Below are positions 14,101-28,400 of a DNA stretch of 64,000 nucleotides, in pieces. Source of the stretch: Tricharina praecox (Eukaryota); contig NW_026250418.1 in NCBI RefSeq assembly GCF_024521635.1, positions 124,001 to 188,000 of the forward strand, written 5' to 3'. Within the stretch, counting starts at the first letter, position 1; the number at the start of each line of letters is the position of its first letter. The translations under genes and the position numbers were made by a program. The notes under the pieces were generated by a model that was not told the DNA's origin, did not search any database, and saw only the letters and a list, made by a program, of their open reading frames with translations.

Positions 14101-15474
14101 CGACATCGATATCATCTCGAAGCCCCTCCGAGCCCCTCCACCCCTCTCTCCATCTCTCTACATTTGTGATGTGTGCTCGCGGTGCTCGACTCGACTCGGC
14201 TCACTCGCATGGCTGCCGTACCGTAACTACGTGCGGACTCCACCACGACCACCACCGCCGCCGCCACCACTACCCTCTCGCGGGGGCGTTTCTAGATACA
14301 ACGTATGTACACACGAAAACTTTGTCGCGCAGTCTGGTGCCGGTGAACCGGGTGAGCGGGCGCGACGCGCCGCCGACGACGACGACAGACATCAGACATC
14401 TCTCATCTCCCATCTCCTAGGCAAGCAAGTAAGCAAGCCCCGTATCTACCGTAGACGCCCGCGCGCCCACACACGTCGTCCGTCCGTCCCGACCCACGGC
14501 TGCTGAACCCGGGAGTCGTAAGTCGCAACCCGAAAACTTTCACCGCTGTTGCCATAAAAAGCAAAAACGACAAGTAACAAAAAACAAAAACAAGCCCCCC
14601 GGCCCCCCCACCCCAGTCGAGAGAGACGTCCGGAGGAATCAGAAGTTGTTCCGTGCTCTACTTTACTCTAGCAGGCCCCAGGGGAGGGGGGAGTGGAGGG
14701 GAGGGGCTAGGTATCCCCCAGGGGACACCACAACCCACCACCACCCACCACCCACCGCTTTGACAGCGCGGATAAATGTTACGCCCCAAAAATCCAAACG
14801 CGTTCTCGCCGCTCTCATACGTGGAGGAGACTGGAGGGAAGTGCGAACTGCGAACACCCCCCCCCCCTCCATGCTATCTAGAGTACCCGGTCCGTATCGT
14901 GACCCTTTTATTCAGACCACGTTCGCCCGCCCCACTGGTGGTTCGCCTCCCCAAACAGGCAGTCGATTTTTTTTCTTCTTCGCGAGCTAGGTAGGTTGTC
15001 TGACTGCTTGCTGCTTGCTGCTGCTGCTCCCCCCCTCCCCCCCCCCCCTCTCCTTCTCCTTCTTCTTCTCTTTCTTCTCCTTCCTCTCCTTCTCCTTTCC
15101 TTGGCAGCACTCTAAAAGCATGTACCAATGTACGAGCAGAGACCCTACATGTATCTAGAGTATCTAGAGTATGTACGTATGTAGATATGTAGAGTAGATT
15201 AGGTACCGTACTCTACACCACATGTGCCTGTCTGTGTCTGTGGACCACCGTAACTACTATCTAATTTACATAGTAAGTACCCCATCTATCGTATCCATCC
15301 ATCCATCATGGAAATGAAACAAGCACAGATCGGAAATCTCGTATCGTATCCATTCCATCCATCCATCTCAGCCCAGCCCAGCTCAGCGAGACGGGCAGGC
15401 GGGCAGCACTGTCGGTTGATGGTATGTAGTTGCGACTCCCAAAAGATCAGAAACTTTGCAAAAGTCGGCTTGGC

Positions 15475-15505
<31 letters not shown>

Positions 15506-18500
15506 AGGAGAGGGAGAGAGAGCGGGGTGTGGGCACTGGAAATGGGCGGTGTGTCTCGTCTCGTCTCGCTTCCGTCGATGGCCCAACTCCATAGTGGGAT
15601 GTTCCTGTGCGACGTTGGACTGGACTGGACTGGAGACTCTCGGCAATCTAGAGTAGAGAAGTAGTGCTGGCGGCCACGTTGAGTTCCCTCCCTCTCTCCC
15701 TCCCTCCCTCCCTCCCTTCCTCCCCCTCCTTGTCATCATCGGTCTCCGAAACTCTCCAACCCCTCCCGCCCTCAATTACGTATCACCAACACGGAGAGAG
15801 TGATAGAGAGTGAGAGAAAGAGGGAGAGATAGAGATGATAATCACAGCATATGCTTTCTTTTGCAGCCTTCGCTGCATATTTATACGCCTGGTTTCGCGC
15901 TGTTGCTGTTGCTGTTACAGTTGCTGATGGATGGCGCTGGCTCTCTCGACCGTTCCCCTCCCTGAGCCCTCCCCCGCCCGGTTTCTGGCCGACCCCTCTC
16001 CAGACCACGTTCAGATGATAACCATACAGACCATGCTCGGCCTCCCCCTCCCCCTCCCCCTCCCCGGTGTCTTTCGTATGTATGCTTCACCGACATACCA
16101 CTACTCATACTACTATATAGTAGCCGTCGATTGTTCTAACCATCCTATCCTACCTATCGCAGGGAGGGCTACCTATGATATTTACGAGATTCCCTTTGAC
16201 TCTGACCGTTGAAATTGACGCGACCTTCCGACCGTTTCGACGCCGGCCGGCCGGCCATCTTCGCTATGTACCTACACACATACGGAACGAAGAACAACGC
16301 TGCGATTCCATTGTGTACCTATTCCACCAGCGCTGCGACCCGAGTCCAAGCCAAACATTTGTTTCCTCTTCCACATGGAAGAAAAAGGTTTCTTTCCGCT
16401 GCTACTCTAGTTGCTTGGTATTGCACTCATCCGGGGAATCCCTACATCAGCCATCAGCCATACTTAGGAGCCGGCGCGGCGCGGCGCCCGCGGCAGAATA
16501 GATGACGAAGCAAGAGCGAGCGAGAGAGCGAGAGAGCGGGGTGAGTGGAGAGTGGGGCTGCGGGACTGCGAGTCTACGCGTGTGTGTGTGCCATGGACTC
16601 TAGCTAGATACCGTAGTAACCGTACTCCCGTTCATCCCCCCGTTCATCCCCCCGCCCTCGCCCGTTCATCTCCCCGTCTATCTAGAGTACTAGTATTCCG
16701 ATCGATACACGGGCGGGATCAGGACTCGTGTCGCTCCCCTCCAGTTGAAGTTGTGCCGCAATGAAGAACCCCCCCTCCCCACAAGACGCCATGGCGGCCT
16801 TTGGGGTAACCAACTAGTGCGTATGCATCGGCAAAACATGTCGACGCCTTCCAATGGGCTGTCAGAGGTCGTGACTCGTGAACTGAGTAAACATCAGTTC
16901 AAAAAGAGAAGAGTGGCTGGCTGGATAAACATACCCTCCCCCCAGGAGAATCAAGTGTTCTTCTATTACGTTTTCCAAGCCTTGCCAGTATGTCGTCTAC
17001 TCTACTCTTCGAATTCTTTTTTTTTTAAAAAAAAAAATTGGTGGTTGGACTGCCCCAGCGTCATGAACTCTCACCACCCTTTCGCCCTCCCATCATCCAC
17101 GAAGGCCAAGTCACGATCGCGAAAATCCCCAACACCAAGAAACGCAACACCGAGCGAGCCCGCGCGGCGCCCGCCCGCCAAAACTGCCCGCCAAACCTGC
17201 CTGGACCACTGACCAGGTTCCAATGATCCGATCCTCCACCACGCTCCAGGCTTCAGACTCCAAGCTCCAAGCTCCAGACTCCAGGCCCCAAACTCCAGGC
17301 TCCTAGGGCTGCTGCTGCTGCTGCCCCGTTGCGAGATTGGGAAATAGAACTTACATAGAAGCACGACGAACTCGTCCCAGATACATCGTTAGTCGTGCCA
17401 AGTATTGAATAGTCGAATATGTTGTCGAATAGCGGGCACCCACAAAACGCGCCGTCAGGTTGGTTAGAACCTAGGGTGCATATATCATTCGTGGATGCGT
17501 ACATACATACATCCGCTTTGGAAATCTTTGGAAATCGTGGTGTCTGGATCTAGATTCTAGATTGCCGTGACAGGAAGCGGTTGTATGTAAATATGTGTGT
17601 ATGTATGTACCCCAATACTTTTCTCTCGGCCTATGTAGGCATATAGGCATACATATGGCAAAGGTTGGAACTGGGACTCTATGAGGAATTCCCATCGGAT
17701 CTATATATCTAAATTCGTCGCTTCAGGTTCAGGATGATTTGGGACCATGATATGTAACTGGTATGCATATCTACATCCATAAAGGAACGCCCACCACCAC
17801 TGCCACCACTGCCACAACCACCACTGCCTAGCTAAACCCGGTTAAATGCCGAGCACCCATTGGAATCCTTTTCCCACTTCCCACTTCCTCGGGTGTACTG
17901 GTAGGTATGTACATAGGCTGGTAGCCATAGGCGGGGAATCGGCTTCTCCGCGTTGGGGCTGATACCGACCCCACTTTCTTTCTTTCATTCTTGAGCGAGC
18001 GAGCCTCGAGGTCTGTCCACCAGTACATCGCTAGGTAGTTCAGCGGGGCGGAAAATTTATGAGCGAGCGAGGGAGAGCACTCTCGAGCACATGGCTGCTG
18101 CTGCTGATTGCCGGTTGTGTTTTGGGAGGAGGTGGGAGGATGGGCCCTGGGGGGGTTCGCACTTATGGAGAGTGTACACCGATATGACATTCCCAAAGTG
18201 GAGTGGTTGAATGAGTACTGCTGCTGCTGCGGCTGCGCCTCGGTCGGTCGGCCGTGGCCGTGGCGGCCGACAGATTGATCAGATCAACTGCTTCTTTTCC
18301 TATTCCTATTTCCTTTCCCATTCCCTTTTATATGATGCCCGTCGATACGGGCCTTTTCCTTCCCTTTTCATTTTCTTTTCCCTTTTCATTTTCATTTTCG
18401 TAGTGGCGGTGGTGGTGGGGGGAATTTATGTCCACAGAAAGATCAACCATCCGATTTTCCGATCTTTTCTGCTCGCGTGAGCGTGAGCGCCCGTGAGCGA

Positions 18501-21356
18501 CCGTGTGGTGGGTTTGTCTGTTTGCCTACCGAGCTACTCCGCGTTCAGCAACGTTTGGGAGGTTGGTTCCGGGCTTCGGAAAATGAATTCAGCCGAGAAC
18601 GCGGGGAAGCCGGAGGGGGGAGGGGAGGGGAGAGAGAGGAGGCAAGCTGGTGGATGGTGAATCACCCTGCCTGACCCAACTTTGTACAGACCTAACTAAC
18701 TGCTAGGTACCTAGAGTAGAAGAGTAGAGTGCCTAGAGTACTGTATGTGCCTAGAGGATCAACCAGCCCAAATGTTCCGGCGATGGTTCACGATTCGCCC
18801 ATATGATGGTGATGCTGAACTTGAAACCCGACCATGGCATCATACCGGCATAGAGTAAGGAAGGATGGATAGATAGATAGAAAACGCTCGTTCGTATGGT
18901 GCATTCATTATTGTCGAGTCAGGTGCGGGAGCGTCCGTTAGAGATACATGCTCTAGATGGCGCGGGGCGGGGGATGGGTGGATACATCAGTCTGTAGTTA
19001 AATACCTGTTGGATTAAACTCATCCACTCTATGCTACATACACAGGACAATTTGCTGTTTGTGTCTTCCGGGCTTCTCCGAGACCTGGCGCTGGCCCCCG
19101 GACGGCGACTTTGTTGCGTGTTTTGTGACCCGGGCAGGACACACGGCGTGGGTGGTCACCGTGCTCTACATACTCAGCTGTTGGTGGTGGTGGAGGTGTC
19201 GGTGGCTTGTGCTTTTCCTTTTCCTGTTCCCCTCGAGAGTCGAGAGTCGGAAGTCGATGTTCATAGGTTCATACGGAGATATGATACGCCCAGTTTCACG
19301 GGTCTGAACCGACCGAGCGGACGTCCGTGTCTTTTACCTTACCCTTGTTAGAGCAGTTGGAACTTAGGGGGCGTTGGTTACCCACGTCTCTCCCTCGGCA
19401 TGTTGCTAATGTTGAAGAGGCGGGGAGAGGGGGGGCGGATTTACTTTTTTTGTGCAACTTGGGCTTGGACATGGCTGGCGAGAAGAGGAGTGAAGAGAAT
19501 CATCCGTCGGTTCGCAACTGGAGCGCGGCCGAGCTCGTGTTTTTTCTTTCTTTCTGCTTTAGCAGCGGAGCCAGTGCCTCGTGGTGAGGATCATGTGCAG
19601 TGTGAGACTCACTCGCGAGGGTTGACCTGACGGATGTGCAGTCACCAGTGGTGCATGAGTTCGAACTTCGGGGCCGGGCGGGCCCATCGCGAGTCGCGAC
19701 GGGCTGGAGACCTGGGTAACTAGCATACGGTAGCATACGGTAGCAGAGGTACATGAGATGATGACGCCTTCCCGGAGCGCGTTACGGCGGCGGCGGCGCG
19801 AATGGTCACTTTTTTCGTCGATTGGTTAGCGAGGGTTGCGAGTGATGTGTCTTCGTCTTCGTTCCACCTTTCTCTTTCTCGGAGCGGTGGCACGGCAAAC
19901 GACGGTAACAGGTGTGTACATATGTCAGCATGTATGTGTGTTTGGCCTCGGTGATTGTTGCACCGGCTCCCCCCCCCGCCCCCGCCGGGCTGTACGTGCC
20001 CTTCGAATCCGTCGCTCGGAATGCCTACATACGAGGAGTCGTCGACGTCCTGCCCGGTACCTATGCTGCTATGCCTACCGCACATACCGTACATACTTCC
20101 GACTCTGCTCCCAACTATCGCCTCGGCCAAGAGGGATCTCTGATGCTGCCCACGAAATGCGCTGGAATACGGTAACAAATGCGCGAAATTGCGAGCCACG
20201 CCAGATTTCATGGCGGGCTGTTGCTCTACTCGCCTTGACTACTTCCTATGCGGTTGGGTGGGTTCTTCGAGACTGGCCGGTATGTGCCTACCTGTGTTCG
20301 CTGTGCATCTCGATTCATGCCGGGACCGACCCCAACTTTTCACCCCAGACGGTTTGTTCCCCACCTTTCCTTGGTCTTCGCTCTACTCTACTCTACCTGA
20401 CACAGGAGGCTTGGGTTTTCCCGAATTCTGGGGAAATGGGAGTTCTCGATTTCTCCGTGCATGTGCCACGGTAGAGTGCCGCCTTTGTCTGTCTCGCTGG
20501 CCATGGCTGGCTGACGGCCGGCCGTTCTTTCGTCGGACTGGCCAGTGTCACCTTTGGGACAGAGACGGAAAACCGTTGAACTTTTTCCAATGTGCTTGGA
20601 CGGGCTGCTGGTGACCCACCAGGCGAACCAAACCCTCCCCTAACCATGCCAAAAATTCCCGCTCGCTCGCTCGCTCCGACGTTTTTCCTGCCCAAGCGTC
20701 CCCTTTTATTCCGGTTCTGGGGAGAGGGGGGTGGGAAGGGGGGCAGGCAGACAGGCTAGCGAGCAAATCATCAAACGCCCACATCGCCGCTCTCTCTCTC
20801 TCTCTCTCTTTGGCTGCGGAATGCCTCCCCCCGTGTCTCTCTTTCCTTTTCCTCCGATTATGTCTGTGACTTACACAACCCATATGGGCAAAAGAGTGCC
20901 GTATGTACCGTAGTCATATGTAAAACACACACACCCGAGAATCCCCAAGACGTGCCTGCCCTGCCAATTCTCCTGTCCGCTAAACGAAAGCCCCTGCCCC
21001 GCACGTAACCAACCTGAACTTGGAGCAGAACCCACGGTGGGTGGGTTTAACTTATGCCGGAGAAAACGTGCGACCCGGCGAAAGACAGCTCGCTCCTCCA
21101 AGTGCGTGACCCACCCGATCACCGCTATTACCTACTCACAACCTCGCTCCTGCTCCTGCTCCTCCTTGTTCTCCCCCCTAGGGGCTCACCCCGTCCGTCC
21201 TTCTGCGCTTCCGCATCTCTGGCCTGCCATATTGCGGTTTCGTGTTTGTTTTCCTTCGATCCCGCCCGCTGCCGCTGCTGCTGCTCCTTGGCTCCTCCAT
21301 CACACTCTATTCACCTCCGTCCTAGCACATCGTCTTTCGAAAACCAAACTGAGCGG

Positions 21357-21743
21357 GTGAGGACGTCCGTCGTCTGTCGTCTGTCGTCTGTCGTCTGTCA
21401 TCTGTCGTCTGTCTGTCAGTCAACGCTGTCCGGGACAGTAGTATCTCCTCTCCTCGGAGACCTCGCTCCACACACCACTCGCGCATTTCCCTCCACACCC
21501 AAGCGGCTTGCACCCTTCTCCTCTGCTCGAATAATATCCCGCCTACTCACCCCCAACATCTCATCATTCCAACCGCGACCACTGGTCACGCATCGCCGAA
21601 CTCTGGCCTCACGTCGTCCCATCTCGCCAGCATCGCTTTCTGCCCTCACGACCTTGCCCACCTTGCCCACCTTGCCCACCTTGCCCACCCGCCGCCCCGT
21701 ATCCGTCCATTTCCCCCCAATAGACCCTAACCGTCGCTCACAG
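21357..21743 (+). other. Probable 5'-UTR intron of the Rgt1-like gene
   Basis: GTGAGG donor at 21357; CCTAAC branch then CAG ending at 21743; lies in an AUG-free pyrimidine-rich leader. Confidence 0.5.
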
Positions 21744-22202
21744 CCGAACACCGGCTGCGTGCTCTCCCGCCCACCCCCCCGAAGCAAGTCACCTCCAGCC
21801 TTCTTTCATCATCGGGGGACACACACACATACAGCCGTAGATATACATAGACTTGTTTTCTTTGATTATCCGGTGTCTCTCTTTCTCTTGCGCCCCAGTT
21901 CTCTGGATCCCGCACCCCCGGTGCTTCCTCCTCTCGTTAACTTTAGGCGCACGTCCCCCCCCCCCTCACCCCCGTCGCCGTCGTGTGTCTTTTTGCCGCA
22001 GTAACAGTAAGGAGGGCCCAGATCCACCGCATCTCGGCACCCCGGATTTTCTCCATTTTCGCGGCGCCATCCACGCCCGCCCCCCGTACTTTAATCCTCG
22101 TCCTCCCCAACAACATTGAGGCGTGCGTCGCGCACACACTCTCTCACACACACTCTCATACACACACATCGGGCCACGACAGCGACGATAAACTGCAAGG
22201 GA

Positions 22203-22232
22203 ATGGATTTAAAGCCCAGCAGGAGCTCATAA
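22203..22232 (+). promoter_or_regulatory. Upstream ORF (MDLKPSRSS*) 24 nt before the Rgt1-like start
   Basis: Only ATG between 21057 and the main ATG at 22257; G at -3 and +4; TAA at 22230-22232. Confidence 0.5.
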
Positions 22233-22256
22233 ATTCATTTTTTGCCCGGAAATATT

Positions 22257-25200
22257 ATGGCGGCGGAGGTTGCTGCTAGTCCTTCACAGGCTCCAACCGG
22301 CGGAGGTAATGTTGGAGGTGTTGTCTCCGGTGTTGTTGGTGTCGCAGGTCTCTCCTCGGGGCCCAAGAGCCCATTTCGATTCAATTCGCCGACTTCCTCT
22401 TCCATCGCACACGCCTCGCCGCCGCAGAAATACCAGACCCAGTCCAACTCGCAGTACAAATCCACCACCTCGCCCAACGACGACGCCTCAAGTTCGTCGT
22501 CCTTCTTTTCCCACCGTCAACAACGTCTGTCGCCTTCCAGCCTGGGCTCCGCTCTATCACCGGCACAAGACAGATCTATCCCCCGGGGCCTACCTCCGAT
22601 GATGACGGGGACACCGCCGGCAGTCGGCGGAGGAGCAGGAGGAGGTGGCGGCGCGGGAGCGGGAGCCATGGATCTGCGGCTACCTTTGTCGCCTGGGTCC
22701 ATCGCAATGGCCCTGAACGACAATCAGGATGCTCTGTCCGGGGATCTGACGGCACCTCGAAAGCGGTCAAAAGTCTCTCGGGCATGCGACGAATGTCGGA
22801 GGAAGAAGGTCGGTTCCGCCTGGGATTCCATCGCCTGTCCACTCCTGTTGCGGCAGCTATTGTTGTCAGCCGAAGAGCAGCATCTGCAATTCGATCAGTG
22901 CGCAGTGGCTCTTGGGCTTTCGGGCTCTCTTTGCGTGTATCGGTTGTTGTCGGGCTAACATTTTACGATGTCACTGCAGATTCGCTGTGATGCATCCTCC
23001 GAGTCTGGGATTGAACAGTGCTCCAGCTGCAAGCGGGTTGGCTCAAAATGCTCCTTCAGCAGAGTACCCATGAAACGAGGCCCCAGTAAAGGGTAATTAA
23101 TTAATTTACTTATAATCTCTGTGTTTATTTCCCCCCCCCCGATTCTTATTTTCCCCGCCGGTTTACAGGGTATTATTTCTCCTTGGCTAGGTTGGTCGTC
23201 CCCGTCCAACCGGTCTTTGGAGGAACTGGCCCTCCCTCCCGTCCGTCCCCCCGTCCCCTCACTTCGTTTACTGCGGTCGTGTCTGGTCAGTGAATGCAAA
23301 GCGCGCTGGACAGGGTTATTCCTGTTCTGTTCCAGTTTCAATTATCAATATCGAGCCTTCTCCTCGACGCAGCATCAGTACAGCTGACACTCTGTTCTCA
23401 CATAGATACATCAAGGAGTTGGCGGACAGGCTAAACACACTGGAGAACTCAATATCTACTGGTAGTGAACTTCATTCGTATGGCCTGCCGGGAGAAAGCG
23501 AGCATAGTCCGGGCCCGTCGGATTCCACCTCGCCTCCTCCTGCTGCGGCGATGGCAGGCGGGGCACTTCAACCGAGACCTTCTAGAAAGCGAACGTTGTC
23601 GTCATCAAGCGAGTTTCAGCAGGGAGTTCATTTACAACCACTATCGCAGACAAGTTCGGCGGGTTCCAGGCAGGAGAGGCTTCCTTCGATTGATTCCTTT
23701 CATCCGGCGACTCAGCATCAGCACCAACAGCGCAGTCAGTTGTTGCAGCACGAGTCGCAAAGGCAATTGCCACAGCCATTGCATCCCCGGGCGTCACAGG
23801 CCTCGGATATTGGTAGGCTTCAGCCACAACAATATCCACCCACATCAATCTCAACGGATGGCACCAGGCAGAATTATTGGAAAGGACCTTTCCAGGACCG
23901 TAGGGCCAGCCTTAGTTTCCCGTATGACATGGACTCGCAAAGGCCTTCGGCCAGCAGTCCGATGACACCGGAAGTAAAAACTTTTGAATGGGACGAGGAT
24001 TCAATAGACCAGTAAGCAACTCGTCACACCGTTTCCCCCGTCACAAGACATTTTGTTCGGGTGGGGGTAAAGGCGAAACGTCTAACGTGGCTTGTCGTAC
24101 AGGTACTACAGTCTTATTCATCCAACATTCCCATTGCTCCCCCATTCCAAGCCTCGGCTGCGACAGAGGCTAGCTGCAGCCTCAATCACCGTCAGAGAGG
24201 CGTTATTAGAGGCATTATATGCGGCTGTCCGTTCGAACCCGTCATACCCTCCCCAAGCCGGCTCACCGTCGGCGAATCCCAGGCGAGCATGCGAGCTATG
24301 TGTGGCTTCACAGTTCGAGAGCCAAGATCCCCGGGCCTCCGTATCAAGTAACCTATTGTTCCTGCAGACTCTGATCTTAATGGCTCTTGAAGCCGACAAC
24401 CATGGCCCTGCCACGATGCGGGGACAACACGGTGGACCGCCTAGAGCGGCGTGGGTCGGCAGTGCTGTTGGCCTGGCTTACTCATTGAAGTTGCACCACA
24501 ATCGGGTAGGAGAGAGGTTCGCACATGGCGACCCAGATTCGGACGAAAAGCTTGGACGAAGGGCATGGTGGGTTCTGGTCGTATTGGATCGCTGGCACGC
24601 CATCAGTACTTCGAGTCCACTCTTCATACCTGACTCGAACGTTGTGTTATTGCCAGAAGACCAAATGCTGATCGGCTTAACGCCGTTCCATCTCGTCCGT
24701 AAGTACCTTGGCGGTATCGCTACTGCACTTGCTGACTGCCGCCAGGCCTATCGTGTATTCTTGGCCATCTGGCGGAAGCATTCACAACTGCTGATGAGAT
24801 TGTTTCGGCGGCTTCACTGAACCCCTACATCTGTCGACTCCTACGCGGTGAATTGGAACGGTTCCGGGAGAGCGTCGAGGTTGTCTGGGGCTCGCTGTCC
24901 CTGCTACACGTGGCATACTACCACGTTAAGCTGTTGACATTGCGCCACAATTCGTCGTCGGAACCTCGCCAACTACTCGAGCCCGCGCTACGGATGGCGA
25001 CAATGCTTGACCATTCGTCGATGCCGATCACGCCGCTCAACCACCATTTTGCGGCACTAGCACTGATCACCCTAGTCGACCTTGCCGAGATCGATGAGAC
25101 GCGGGAGGCGGCATGGAGGGGCATCCAGCAGCTGGATGAGGCGCTGAAGAAGCGGAGAGGATTGGCTACCCGGGAGGATAGTGTTGGATGGGATCGTGCC

Positions 25201-25413
25201 ATCAAGGACCTCATTCACACACGGGTGGAGAGCAGATACACGAACCTTGGGCCCGGGACGCCACACGGTACAGGGAGCCTGCAACACTTGGCTGAGCTCG
25301 CAATCGGAGATCAGAGTCCGGCTGGATACAACAGTGGATACGCACATAGGAAGCACAGGTTGGACGCAGGGAAGCTGCAGAAGTATGGGTATCTTGGGAG
25401 TATCCTGTTGTAA
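22257..25413 (+). CDS. RGT1: Zn(II)2Cys6 transcription factor, Rgt1-like; exons 22257-22808, 22980-23092, 23406-24011, 24103-24698, 24746-25413; ~844 aa
   Basis: Spliced KRSKVSRACDECRRKK|IRCDASSESGIEQCSSCKRVGSKCSFSRVPMKRGPSKG|YIKELADRL matches the Rgt1-type binuclear cluster ending RVPxKRGPSKGY. Fungal TF middle region (YYSLIHPTFPLLP...RRAWWVLVVLDRWHAIS). All introns GT..AG and frame-preserving. Confidence 0.85.
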
Positions 25414-28400
25414 GATGTTGGGTGCGTTTGGCTTAGGGCTGGGGTATGCTTTTTGCGGCGTTGGTTCGTGGTGTCTGTCTGTCTGGTTCTTGTGCGTCCT
25501 CTAAAGATGATGTTTTATTTTTGTTGCTTTTTGTTCCTGTATTTTTTGCTATTATGCTTGTTTCTTTTTTGCTTTCTCTCACTTTTTATTGCCTCTATGC
25601 TTGTCTGTTTAGCTTGGGAAGCGTTGATCGGACACAGGGACTTTTCGGATGTTTTATGGGGGTTATTTTCTTGTGCTCATGGTGCGGGGTTTTTTCTATT
25701 ATTGTTCTTGTGCTTTTCTTGGGGGGAAATGGGGAAACGACAGACAGTTGGTCGTATCTGTATAAACGTCTTTTTTTTTTCTGCCCAGGTTTTTTTTGTT
25801 GGTAGTCTTTATTTTGAGGCCTTTTTTTTTCTTTCTCTTTTCTTTTCTTCATCTCAACATGTGTACTGTAGCTTTACCGCCTTCATCATCTTTCTTCTTC
25901 TTCTATTCAGCATACTTTTTTTTGTCTTTCGGCTTTCCCAAGCTCTCTTCTTCTTTCGCCTTTCTTCTTTCTTCTATAACATACTATCATACCATACCTA
26001 CTACCTATTCTACGGGGAACATCCTGCCTCCCACCAACCTCCTTTTACAGTTGTTTCGCCTCATCCTGCTGCTGCTGGATGATCAGTGATGACCCCTAGG
26101 ATTGCTATTTTTTCTTCGTGATGTGCCCGTCGACGGTCGTGCCGTGCATTGCATTGGTGAAGCTGGATACTTACCTTACTTCCTTAGGTACTATACTCAG
26201 AGTACCTATGGATTGCCGGTGTGAACGTATATGCCGGAGGTTTTGCCGGGATGGGGAGGCGGGGGGGGGGGGCTCGGATGGATGGATGGTGGATGGATGG
26301 ATGGAGAAGTAGGTATGGAACAATGGCCGGTGGCGGCTGGGACGGACTATGGATAGTACTCGTACATACCTCTTGACCGACGAAGTTCTACATACTCGTA
26401 CTGACTGGCTTTGATAGGAGAATACAAAGTATCTGTGCGTGTGTTTGTGTGTTTGTGTATGTGTGTGTGTTTGTGTATGTTTATAGAGGGGAGGTTGGGG
26501 ATATGTACGAGCCGAGTATCTGCGGCCTGCGGCCAGCAGGGGGGGCCTTTTTCCTATTCTTTTTTTTTCTTCATTGTTTCCAAGCATGATATGTTCCGAG
26601 GGCGCCCGCGAAAAAAAAAAGACATCTGATCCGACAGGCGCTCGCCCGCTCGCTCGCTTGCTAGTGGAACTGGTAGAACGTAGACACTGGAAGGTCGAGA
26701 CGCTGACGGGGGGACGCGGGAGCAAGTTGTGGGGAAGGAGAGGAAGTTGTGGGGAAGTTGTAGCCTATGCTAGTAGCCTAGGTCCCAGGTGGGAATGTGG
26801 GGAAGCCTACTCTAGTACTCTACTCTATGTAGGACCTATATACTCCGTGCGTGGCTTACTCCACTAGCCTCCACTTCGCTTTGGCTTGCACCACTTACTC
26901 GTATGGTGGAATACCTACCTGTGGTGGTTGTGGTGGTGGTTGTGCTTGTGTGCGCTACCAAGTAAGTACCAAGTACCCATCTACATGACTCCCTCGGCCC
27001 GCGGCGGCGGCGGGGAATGGATGGATAGACGGATGGATGGATGGGCGGATGGGCCGGCCTTGGACTGTAGTGCACGGTCTCTGCTAGTACTCCCTCCACT
27101 GCACTCCACTGCACTGCACTGAACAGTCCACTGCGCCGTCCACTGCGCCGTCCACTGCGCCGTCCACTGCACCGCGGCACCACAGCACCACTGTTTCGAA
27201 GCATGTGGGGTTGCTGCTGATGATGACTGGCATATGAAAGCAATCCAAAATCCCAACCAAACCTGCAAGGCGGCGCCGTGGTGGATGAATGTTTTTCCTG
27301 AATCCTGCTTGCTTGCGAGGTTTATCCCAGTCACATGTAAGGTGGGAATCGGCTCATATGGAGGAAAGAGCGAGGCACTCGGCGGGGATGGGGATCAAGA
27401 CTCGAAAGCGGCGGGTCCGGGTCCGCAAGGCAGCTGGTGCTTGTGTGATCACCATGGCTTCCTTCCGAGGGTGGTGGTGATGTTAGCGGCGGACTATTAC
27501 GCGTGCAGATGGTTTGTAGAGTGAAGAGAACTTAGGGAAGGCCGGCGGCGGCGGCGGGGTCAGGTCGGTTGGGACAAAGGCTCATATATACTGAATGGTG
27601 GGCTGTAGCCTGCAGCCTGCGGGAAGGAGATTGTGAATGCTCATGAGATGGTGGAGGGGAAGATGTCAGCGGATATTTCAACGCTTATGCATAATTACTT
27701 TGTGCGCGAATGTGCGAATGTTGCATCATAGTAGGCTACTCTGGGGGGTCGTTGGGTGTGTTTCTATCTGTTCATCAGGCTCGACGAGAACAGCACTTGT
27801 ATGCTCATATGAATGTGGAAAGCTTTGAGGACTCCAGAACGTTGTTTGAACCTTTTGGGTCAGGGTAAGTACTTGGTAGGACCTGTGACATCGATAGAGT
27901 ACGGTACAGCCGGCCCACAGTCTGCTGGTGCTCCTGAATGGGTTTACTGGAGGCGTCGGTATATATACCAGGTATGATGTAGCCACTCAGAGATGCCCTG
28001 TATGTAAGCTGTTGTCTGCAAGCGGGGACTGGTATGCTCAGTTCCCGTCTCGTTGCATACATAGGACCACAACCGCTCTCGTCTGCCAAGCGACAGGTAA
28101 GTACATATAATCTCCCGAATTCGCATCTCCATCTATCACCCGTGATGGGGGCTTACGTAGCACTCGGTTGCGCGAGACATCCTCCCGGCGCGACGGTGCG
28201 GATGATCCGGGACGTTCCGGTGCGCGGGCCCGACCAGCCGACATTAACTGGTTAGCCTGGCGCGACTATCCAGCCACCCTGCCACCAACCGTCGAGCGCG
28301 TGAAGCGCCCATCGCTCGGCGCCCATCGCCCATCGCCCATCCCAATCTCCCTACAAACTTCACACATACATACGGTCGAGTACCTACAGCATTGCGTCGT

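Noticed and set aside
21054..22004. 316-aa ORF upstream of the Rgt1-like gene
   Set aside because: Low-complexity pyrimidine-rich leader/intron sequence; open because of composition
23169..23190. Possible 22-nt poison exon (CAG|...TAG|GTTGGT) in Rgt1-like intron 2
   Set aside because: Weak branch and donor signals; not supportable without RNA-seq
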